Of a stretch of 32,000 bases of DNA, positions 1 to 7,281 are shown one piece after another. Under the pieces are notes generated by a model. It saw only the letters and a program-made list of their open reading frames with translations. It made no database searches and was not told the origin of the DNA. Source of the DNA: Candidatus Saccharimonadota bacterium (GTDB lineage Bacteria; Pseudomonadota; Alphaproteobacteria; CAJXXZ01; 1604HC); contig NZ_CP043314.1 in the NCBI RefSeq assembly GCF_008189525.1, positions 510,001 to 542,000 on the forward strand. The letters run 5' to 3'. Within the stretch, counting starts at the first letter, position 1. Each line of letters starts with the position of its first letter. The position numbers were made by a program, and so were the translations under genes.

Positions 1-1113
1 GGCAAAATAGTTAAGTTGTGAAAATTTTGTACACAAATAAGGAGTTGCAGATCCAACTATTGATGTTCCAATTCCGTAACACAAAGATATATATCTATAT
101 CTATATTTTGGAGGAAATAGCTGAAAAGTTAAATTATGAGATGGTCCTACAAATATTCCTAATAAACATACTGTAATCATTTGACTTAAAATTATATAAC
201 CGTATGAAATTAGCAGTAAACAAGGAAATGCTAATATAAGCAAAGCTAGCACTGAGAAAAACATAACTTTTTTGATATCAAAGTAATCAGTTAGTATTCC
301 TGACACAACAACTACGGCAGCATAAAATACAAAAAACAATGTTTGATAGTATAGAATTTGATTTCCATAAGACTGTTTCAAAAAGTTAAAACAATACACC
401 ATGGAATAGTAATACATACCACCAATACCAGCGCCTATTCCTATGACAGACAAATATGGATACCAACTTCTAGGAGAATAATTTTGTTTTGCTGTTTTCT
501 TAAAACCTTCTCCTTCTATAATCATTGCTCTAGCAAGCATTCCTACAAATCCAATGCTTCCACCTATAATAAATGCCCATCTCCATCCATTTGGCTGAAA
601 AATAGGTTTAGAAATCACATAATTAGCTAAAGATGCCAATGCCATTCCAAAAACAACAAATGCCCAAGAAACACCACTGGCTAACCCTGCTCTTTTTTCT
701 CCAAAATGTTCAATTAAGAAAATAGCAGAACCATTTAAGTCTCCACCAGCACTCATAGCCTGTAAAACTCTAAAAATCAAAAGTAAAATTACAGTAGAGA
801 ATCCTATGTATTGATAAGATGGAAGGAGCCCTATTCCCATAGAAGCAAACGAAATCAACACAATTGATAAAAAGAGTGCTTTTTTTCTACCAAAAACATC
901 TCCAATGTAACCCATTGCCATTGCGCCCAAAGGTCTAAATAAAGCAGCTATAAGCATTAACGCGTAACCAAACTCAGCACTATCTCCAAAGTGCCCACCA
1001 AACAAATTTGCAGAAATAACAGGAATCATGTAAGTAAAAAGCATGTAATCGTAATATTCAAGCATAGATCCCGAAAGGGTCCAAAAGGAAGAATATATTT
1101 TTTTTATGTCCAT
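1..1113 (-). CDS. MFS transporter of the ProP/MHS type (proline/betaine-like). N-terminal 371 codons only; the C-terminus runs off the left edge.
   Basis: Absent from the ORF track because it has no stop in the window. My reverse-complement translation from the ATG at 1113-1111 gives MDIKKIYSSFWTLSGSMLEYYDYMLFTYMIPVISANLFGGHF... and stays open to position 1. It contains MFS motif A (GYIGDVFGRKKAL, about 880-920) and the MHS-like EYYDY segment. Hydrophobic throughout. Confidence 0.8.
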   Translation of the reverse strand, partial: MDIKKIYSSFWTLSGSMLEYYDYMLFTYMIPVISANLFGGHFGDSAEFGYALMLIAALFRPLGAMAMGYIGDVFGRKKALFLSIVLISFASMGIGLLPSYQYIGFSTVILLLIFRVLQAMSAGGDLNGSAIFLIEHFGEKRAGLASGVSWAFVVFGMALASLANYVISKPIFQPNGWRWAFIIGGSIGFVGMLARAMIIEGEGFKKTAKQNYSPRSWYPYLSVIGIGAGIGGMYYYSMVYCFNFLKQSYGNQILYYQTLFFVFYAAVVVVSGILTDYFDIKKVMFFSVLALLILAFPCLLLISYGYIILSQMITVCLLGIFVGPSHNLTFQLFPPKYRYRYISLCYGIGTSIVGSATPYLCTKFSQLNYFA

Positions 1114-1213
1114 TAAAGAGATACTAAGTGAGTTTGACTCAAAACACAAGAAATTCATCAAACACAGCCTAATAAACCTTCAAATATTAGACCTTAAATG
1201 AGACTATTACTGT

Positions 1214-2998
1214 ATGCGCTTATTTCAAAATAGTTTAAGAGAAGGTAAGAAAAACACGAAAGAAAAAAGCAATCTAAAAGAAACATCATTTACAAATCAC
1301 AGGATATTCTTAAAAATATCATTAGAAAATATTAGAAAATTCTGGCTAAGATCTTTATTCTTGTTTTTAGCACTATTCGCAAATGGGATTTTAAGTGGAT
1401 TATTTGTCAAACTCATTAAAGATTTACTTCAAAATCAAAATAAAGAAGTTATCTTTTTATTAGTAATCAGAAGTTACCAGAATATATCAATTGGTCACAT
1501 AAAAAATATAATCTTATACCCAATACTTAACTCAATTATTATGGATTCAAAAACATATTCCTTAGAATCATTTCTAAACAGGAGCTCCAACAAAAGCACA
1601 AAAGATCAACTAGGAAAACAAGAAAGAATATCGAGCAATATTTACAGTGTTATTAATGTGTACACATCAGCTTTTGTAACAATTATATCTCTAATAGTGC
1701 AAGTAAAATTAATGTATAAAACAAATTCAGCTTACATTTTGTTTTTAGGATTATTTATTTATTATGCTGCATTTTTAAAAACTGTAAAAACATGGTCTTC
1801 TGTTTTATCTTCAGCTTACAAGGCTTCAGATGATGTTTCATACAGCTCTTTATCTGCCATGGAATACAAGCGTAATTTTGAAGGAAATACCAAGCTTTTT
1901 GACTCAGAAATCAAAAAGAAAATGTCTAAAGAAAATAAAATCTACATACTAAAAAATAAATATATAAGATATAAATCAATTATACTTAATATAGAGCCTT
2001 ATGTATTTTTGCTTTTATGGATTAAATTCATAAGCAGTACATCAACCACTAAAGAAATCATAGCATATTCAACTTCTGGAGTGTTCTTAATAGAAACTTG
2101 TATCAGACTTGCAAATCAAGGAAGGTTTGCTTTTCAGCTTATGAGGAGCTTTAATCTTGCCGAGAACTCACTTAGCAAGAAAAAAGAAGAACTTGTAATT
2201 AAATCTATATACCTAAATAGAGTCAGCATAGAAAAAGAAAAGACATTAATTTTAAAGGATTTTAATTTGGAAATTCCAAATAATTCCTGGATAGTAGTAT
2301 CAGGATCAAATGGATCAGGCAAAACAACATTATGTGAAATAATCTCTGGTCAGCTTTTGCCTACAAGTGGAGAAATCATAGCAGATATAGAAACAAGTGG
2401 AATAGAAAAAAATATATCAAAAGATAAAGGTAACGATCAAGGCAAAATAAAGCTAAATAATGAAAATAAATATTTATGGTCATCTAACTTTATTATAAAA
2501 GAAGGTAAGCTTAAGCTTTTTGACTCAGAAAAAAAATTATTAAAACAAAGCGAAATCATAAACCTGCATTTTAGTAGTTTATTGGATAACAGTAGCTTTT
2601 TAGATAAAAAGAAATATAGCACAGGAGAGGAAAATTTCCTAAGCATAGTTTCATCTATATTTAATACAAATAATTTATATAAACCAAAAGCATTACAAAA
2701 TATACAAAAACCAAACATGCAAAATAAAGAGAACACTAAAGTTCAGAGAAAACCTAATATACAGGCTTACCATAATAACGCTAATCATGAGCCAAGCTCA
2801 AGCAAATCTACAATACAAACTAAGCACATGATAATTCTTGATGAATGTTTGGAGTTTTTGGATGAGAATTTAGCAAAGGAAGTAATAAAATTTTTAATGC
2901 TACATTACAATTCTGGAATAATTATATCAAGGAGATTTGAAAAAATGCTTTCTTCAGAGCTTGGGTTCAAAAAAGTAACTTTACACAAAGATATGTAG
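1214..2998 (+). CDS. Divergent ABC half-transporter (N-terminal membrane domain fused to a C-terminal ATPase), possibly of the ABCD/SbmA-BacA-like class
   Basis: 594-aa ORF. Walker A is VVSGSNGSGKTTL. The signature is the variant YSTGEENFLS. Walker B is HMIILDECLEFLD. The N-terminal half is hydrophobic. The nucleotide-binding domain is interrupted by N/K-rich low-complexity inserts. The gene is divergent from the MFS gene across a 100-nt spacer. Confidence 0.7.
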   Translation: MRLFQNSLREGKKNTKEKSNLKETSFTNHRIFLKISLENIRKFWLRSLFLFLALFANGILSGLFVKLIKDLLQNQNKEVIFLLVIRSYQNISIGHIKNIILYPILNSIIMDSKTYSLESFLNRSSNKSTKDQLGKQERISSNIYSVINVYTSAFVTIISLIVQVKLMYKTNSAYILFLGLFIYYAAFLKTVKTWSSVLSSAYKASDDVSYSSLSAMEYKRNFEGNTKLFDSEIKKKMSKENKIYILKNKYIRYKSIILNIEPYVFLLLWIKFISSTSTTKEIIAYSTSGVFLIETCIRLANQGRFAFQLMRSFNLAENSLSKKKEELVIKSIYLNRVSIEKEKTLILKDFNLEIPNNSWIVVSGSNGSGKTTLCEIISGQLLPTSGEIIADIETSGIEKNISKDKGNDQGKIKLNNENKYLWSSNFIIKEGKLKLFDSEKKLLKQSEIINLHFSSLLDNSSFLDKKKYSTGEENFLSIVSSIFNTNNLYKPKALQNIQKPNMQNKENTKVQRKPNIQAYHNNANHEPSSSKSTIQTKHMIILDECLEFLDENLAKEVIKFLMLHYNSGIIISRRFEKMLSSELGFKKVTLHKDM

Positions 2999-3124
2999 TT
3001 AATAACATATAGAAATTCTAATAAGCAAAATCATATATCAGAATGGATGTACAAAATCTCTAATATGAATACATAGCAAAACAAGAAGCATAGAATATAA
3101 ACAAATGCTTAGATTATGAAAATA

Positions 3125-3937
3125 TTAAGTAAAACACCTTAAAATACTCATAACAATAGCTATTGCAAACACGCTATCCATTCTATCCCATAATCCACCG
3201 TGTCCTGGAAATATATTTGAGAAATCTTTTATACTTAATTTCCTCTTTATAAATGAAACAGAAATATCACCTGCTTGCCCTACTAAACCTACAAGACATG
3301 ATAAAGCAATTTTTGCACAAGGGGAAAATTCATTAATCTTTCTGAAATAACTCTCAACGTAAATCAATTTATTGAAAGATTTCAAATCAACCAGCAAGAA
3401 AAAGACCCAAGCACCAAACATAGTTCCTATCAATCCTGATATAGTTTTAGACGGACTTATTTTTGTAAGTTTAGGTCCTTTAAATATCTTTCCAAATATA
3501 TATCCAAATGTATCACTTAATGAGGCCAAAAACACATGAATGAAATAAGAGTTTGCTACAAAAAATGATCCAAGGGAGCTATATACAAACAAATATAAAG
3601 AAATACATATTTTCTGAGTCACAGAGACCTTAGATTTAAAAACTTGCACCAAATGCTCAGCGTTTAAGACAAAAAGAAGAATAAGAAAAACAATCAAAGG
3701 AGTAAGTACTACTACATTATATTTGAATAAAATCACCTTCCATGTTTCGGGTGGAATCTCTCCAAAAAGATCTAGACACTTAGTTTGTATATTTTTTATA
3801 TCTTTATAATAAAATGCAACTCTGTTTAAAGAAATCCAAAATGCTGAATAAAAAACAGAAGTAAAAACCCTAGAAAAAAAGTTAGAATTCATATTTATAG
3901 AAAAAAGATTTTTCTTTTTATTTGTTTCTAATGACAT
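3125..3937 (-). CDS. cdsA: Phosphatidate cytidylyltransferase (CDP-diglyceride synthase)
   Basis: 270-aa polytopic protein with the C-terminal family signature SFIKRKLSIKDFSNIFPGHGGLWDRMDS. ATG at 3937. Lies downstream of uppS, the usual uppS-cdsA order. Confidence 0.9.
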   Translation of the reverse strand: MSLETNKKKNLFSINMNSNFFSRVFTSVFYSAFWISLNRVAFYYKDIKNIQTKCLDLFGEIPPETWKVILFKYNVVVLTPLIVFLILLFVLNAEHLVQVFKSKVSVTQKICISLYLFVYSSLGSFFVANSYFIHVFLASLSDTFGYIFGKIFKGPKLTKISPSKTISGLIGTMFGAWVFFLLVDLKSFNKLIYVESYFRKINEFSPCAKIALSCLVGLVGQAGDISVSFIKRKLSIKDFSNIFPGHGGLWDRMDSVFAIAIVMSILRCFT

Positions 3938-4239
3938 ACTGACCTACTTTCGCAAGAATTATCACATCTGTAATTCATTCTTACAAGATCAATTGATTAG
4001 AGGCTTAACATCTTACCAACCATAATAACCCATAATACATAAAGCTCTAGACAGAAATCCGACATATTAATGTAATGAAGCACTATATAAACAATCATTG
4101 AATTAAGAAAAAAATACTAACCTAGATTTTATATTATATGTTATTTGAATTGTGAAAATAACATAAACCAAAGCTAAACTAATGTAATCTGAACTAAACA
4201 AGTACAATTAATATGAGTAATCAGAAATTGTGCTGAATC

Positions 4240-4929
4240 TTAGGATCCTAAGTTTTTTCTTATACTGCTACACTTAGAAATTATTTTCTCAAAATCTTTT
4301 ATCCCAAAATCTGGCCATAACTTTTCTTCGAAGAAAAACTCAGTATAAGAGAAGTTCCATAACAAAAAGTCACTTATTCTTTTTCCTCCACCTGTTCTTA
4401 TGCATATATCTGGATCATTTGAAAATGGACTAACTTCTGAAGAAAAACAAGATTCTGTCATATCAATAGAACTCTTTCCAGATTTAATATGTTTATAGAA
4501 AGAGCTCTTACAAGCCTCCAATATAGCCTTTCTACCAGAATAATTAATAGCTATATACAACTTCATTCCTGTATTGTTTTTCGTCTTTCTTTCTATATCA
4601 ATCACTTCTTCATAAACGAAATCTGGTAAATTTTTCAAATCTCCTATAAATTTACACCTGATATTCATAGATGCACACTCTTCTATCAAAAGAGATGAGT
4701 ACTTACTTGCAAGCTTCATAATCTTGTATATTTCTTTTATTGATCTATTCCAATTATCAGAAGAAAAAGTAAAAAAGCTTATTTCATCTATTTTCCCTGA
4801 GCAGTACTTTATTATTTCCATCATGTTTAGGAGACCCATTTCATGTCCAGAAGCTTTTTTCTCAGATATAGATGCTCTTTCCCATCTTCGGTTTCCATCC
4901 ATAATAAAAGACACATGATTAAGTTTCAT
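4240..4929 (-). CDS. uppS: Undecaprenyl-diphosphate synthase (cis-prenyltransferase)
   Basis: Motifs HVSFIMDGNRRWE and IRTGGGKRISDFLLWNFSYTEFFF. The track ORF begins at a TTG (4932) immediately followed by an ATG (4929). I prefer the ATG. Confidence 0.9.
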   Translation of the reverse strand: MKLNHVSFIMDGNRRWERASISEKKASGHEMGLLNMMEIIKYCSGKIDEISFFTFSSDNWNRSIKEIYKIMKLASKYSSLLIEECASMNIRCKFIGDLKNLPDFVYEEVIDIERKTKNNTGMKLYIAINYSGRKAILEACKSSFYKHIKSGKSSIDMTESCFSSEVSPFSNDPDICIRTGGGKRISDFLLWNFSYTEFFFEEKLWPDFGIKDFEKIISKCSSIRKNLGS

Positions 4930-5165
4930 CAAATATAAGTATAATTAAAAATCTCCAAGTTAGGTAGTTTTTTGAATTTTTATAAGCACTTTAAATAATA
5001 TGCTCTGCAAAAAATCTCCTCATAGTATAAGCTATCCAAATTAACTTAATAGCTTAACTTCTATCAAGCGTAAAATTAATATAAGTGTAAAAAATCTGTA
5101 ATACTTAGCTCAAGACCACCAAAATACCTAGAATAAATTAAAAAAGCGCATATAATCAATCTCAT

Positions 5166-5237
5166 GCTTCCTTCGTCTAGCGGTTAGGACACTGCCCTCT
5201 CATGGCAGAAACAGGGGTTCGATTCCCCTAGGAAGTG
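5166..5237 (+). tRNA. tRNA-Glu, anticodon CUC
   Basis: Hand-folded cloverleaf. Acceptor stem is GCTTCCT/AGGAAGT with a G1.U72 wobble. D arm is GTCT-AGCGGTTA-GGAC, typical of tRNA-Glu. Anticodon stem is CTGCC/GGCAG with loop C-T-CTC-A-T (anticodon 5199-5201). Variable loop is 4 nt. T arm is AGGGG-TTCGATT-CCCCT. Discriminator is G. No CCA is encoded. Confidence 0.85.
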
Positions 5238-5409
5238 TTTTACAATTAATTTTACATAACACGTACATAAAAAAGTAGAAATTTAAATTAAAATATAATT
5301 ACATTTCAGTTTTATTTTAAATCAATTTATATTTAATTTAATCTTATTATGAACTAATTTATCAATATTTATTTTTCATTAATATACATTTGAGTTATAA
5401 TATCACTCT

Positions 5410-7281
5410 ATGAAATCTATTAATTTCTTATTATTGTGTCTTTGCGCAAATCTAACAAATCCTATTAATTGCTCTGGAATAGGATCTGAAATGCCTGGGC
5501 TGCAGCAATCTACAAGAGATCCTAGTTCTGAAACAAGCGCCAGTTCTATATCAGGCAGAGCTGCTGGAATAGAATTAGAAAGCAGTGAATTCAAAGCAAA
5601 AAAACTTTTAGAAGCAAATGAATCTAAAGTTATTTTTGATGGAAAAATCTTTAGATTAGAAATAGATACAGCAGATGGCAGGTTTGCATCAGTTACAGGT
5701 GGTGCCCCAAGCTATGATCTAGAGTTGCTTACAGTAGGAGGGTTAAATGAATTACAGTCTTCTGCGTTAGGTAAATTTTTTACAAATTTCTTCAAAGCAC
5801 TGACAGAGATAGTAACAGATCATGGAAAAAGTTTAGACAAAAACACAAAAACTTTTGAAATTAATCCAGAAACATTTCAAGCAGTATCACAAAAAGCTCT
5901 TGAATCAGGTAGTTTTACTGAGGCAGAAAAAGAATTAATAGAAAGAACACTCAAAGATTCAAGTGAATCAGGAGAATCAAAGTTTAAAACCAAAGCCAAT
6001 GTTCTGTATCAAGAGCCTACAAAAGGCTCCCTAAACACAGAAGCAAATCTACAAATGTCACTTTCATTTCCAATGGAACAATTTTTAGGGATACTAAACA
6101 AAGATCTGTCTCAAAACATTGAACAAAGAATCAGAGAACAAGTAGTCAAAACAGAGGATTTAGAAAATATTAGTGATAGATTAAAGCTTATGAATTTAAA
6201 TCCCCTTGTAGTCAATCCATTCGCAGTTGCAAATAGCGAATTAAAAACACTAGATGATACAGGGGCAGCAGCATTCGTAAACAGAGCAAATGCTTTTAAA
6301 ACCTTATTTACTAAAAAGGACGAACTATCTTTGGATGAAAAGATTAAGAAACTTAACGAAGATATAAAATCTTTGGAAAAAGAACAAGAAAGTTTCATGA
6401 AAAAGAATAATTTTGATAAATACGATGAAAAGGGTGCAGAAATCACTGAAGCTAGAAAAGCGCTAGAAAGTCTAAGCACTGAAACTGATCCAAGGGAAGA
6501 TCTACTGAAGCAATCAGCATTACTATCTGAGCAAGATATAGATTCTAGTGCACCAATAAAAGATAAAATCAAATCAATTATTAATAAAACAGGATTTTCT
6601 ATAGAGTCAAGTAAAAAAATACAAGAATTTATTGCTCAGCCATTGACAGTATCTGAAGACATATTTAAACAATCTAACAATCCAGCCGATAATCTCTTTG
6701 CCTTATTTTCACTTTATGTAAGCGATCTATTTTTAGCACTTCCTAGAGAATCAAAAGAAATAGGGCCTAAAAGCATGATTGCAGTCATGTCTAGAATGCC
6801 ATTTTCGGATATGTATAGATCTCTAAATGAAACAGACAAGGATAAGTTCCAAGACCTATACACAAAGCATTTTGCTAAATTTGGGGGACTTCTAATAAAT
6901 CCTTACAATCTAGGAAAAGATGCGTCAGAAGCTAATCTGATATCTAGCAACAAACTAATAACTTTGGATACGTGGTTTGACTCAATCATAACAAAGCCGA
7001 TAGTTTGGGCTGCTGATGGACCATATGTAAATAACAACGTCATAGATATTCTACACCCTCCAGCAGATTTATATCCTGGATATGGTATGGGAGCTATAAG
7101 ACCTGAAGAAGGAAATGGCTTACAAGGCAAAGCTCTTGTAGAAATCAGAACTGTACATGATAGGGTTAGTAAAATATGGGAAGCCTATAGTCACCAAGTA
7201 AAAGATTTGGACATCTCAGAAAAGATGATATCATTGGTGTTGAAGGGGTTTTTCGGAACCACAGCAGAAGGAGATCAATGA
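5410..7281 (+). CDS. Hypothetical secreted protein, 623 aa, no recognisable family (ORFan A)
   Basis: Long uninterrupted ORF. The N-terminus MKSINFLLLCLCANLTNPINCSG looks like a Sec signal peptide and has no canonical lipobox. The rest is acidic and hydrophilic with K/E-rich coiled-coil-like stretches (KKLNEDIKSLEKEQESFMKK). The C-terminal roughly 200 aa are more globular (…VWAADGPYVNNNVIDILHPPADLYPGYGMG…). Ends in a TGA that overlaps the next ATG. Confidence 0.75.
   Translation: MKSINFLLLCLCANLTNPINCSGIGSEMPGLQQSTRDPSSETSASSISGRAAGIELESSEFKAKKLLEANESKVIFDGKIFRLEIDTADGRFASVTGGAPSYDLELLTVGGLNELQSSALGKFFTNFFKALTEIVTDHGKSLDKNTKTFEINPETFQAVSQKALESGSFTEAEKELIERTLKDSSESGESKFKTKANVLYQEPTKGSLNTEANLQMSLSFPMEQFLGILNKDLSQNIEQRIREQVVKTEDLENISDRLKLMNLNPLVVNPFAVANSELKTLDDTGAAAFVNRANAFKTLFTKKDELSLDEKIKKLNEDIKSLEKEQESFMKKNNFDKYDEKGAEITEARKALESLSTETDPREDLLKQSALLSEQDIDSSAPIKDKIKSIINKTGFSIESSKKIQEFIAQPLTVSEDIFKQSNNPADNLFALFSLYVSDLFLALPRESKEIGPKSMIAVMSRMPFSDMYRSLNETDKDKFQDLYTKHFAKFGGLLINPYNLGKDASEANLISSNKLITLDTWFDSIITKPIVWAADGPYVNNNVIDILHPPADLYPGYGMGAIRPEEGNGLQGKALVEIRTVHDRVSKIWEAYSHQVKDLDISEKMISLVLKGFFGTTAEGDQ
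7267..7273 (+). promoter_or_regulatory. Shine-Dalgarno site (GAAGGAG) for ORFan B, lying inside the 3' end of ORFan A
   Basis: GAAGGAG sits 4 nt upstream of the ATG at 7278. That ATG overlaps the TGA stop of ORFan A (ATGA at 7278-7281). This is the clearest SD I saw in the window. Confidence 0.7.

Noticed and set aside
358-630. 90-aa + strand ORF from the track. Similar track ORFs lie antisense to or inside real genes: 2134-2322, 2437-2736, 4724-4918, 5403-5594, 6111-6572, 6903-7130, 7460-7810, 8360-8569, 9648-9914, 10228-10461, 12991-13737, 14140-14325, 14962-15222, 15265-15477, 19360-19815, 21949-22188, 23832-24218, 24429-24611, 25599-25847, 26690-27079, 27460-27723, 30260-30463 and 30987-31286.
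   Set aside because: Each lies wholly within, and antisense to or out of frame with, a CDS that has strong family motifs. Their translations are low-complexity F/L/I/S-rich strings, as expected from the reverse strand of AT-rich genes. None has a motif or ribosome-binding site to support it.
4137-4165. Perfect 10-bp inverted repeat TATGTTATTT / AAATAACATA with a 9-nt loop in the uppS-cdsA spacer
   Set aside because: The stem is all A/T except one pair, and no U-run follows it on the transcribed (minus) strand. My rough estimate is that several such 10-bp inverted repeats would occur by chance in 32 kb of this composition.
5396-5401. TATAAT hexamer 8 nt upstream of the ORFan A start codon, considered as a possible -10 box for a leaderless transcript
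   Set aside because: TATAAT-like hexamers are everywhere in these spacers. There is no convincing -35 at proper spacing, so I cannot distinguish it from background without transcription-start data.
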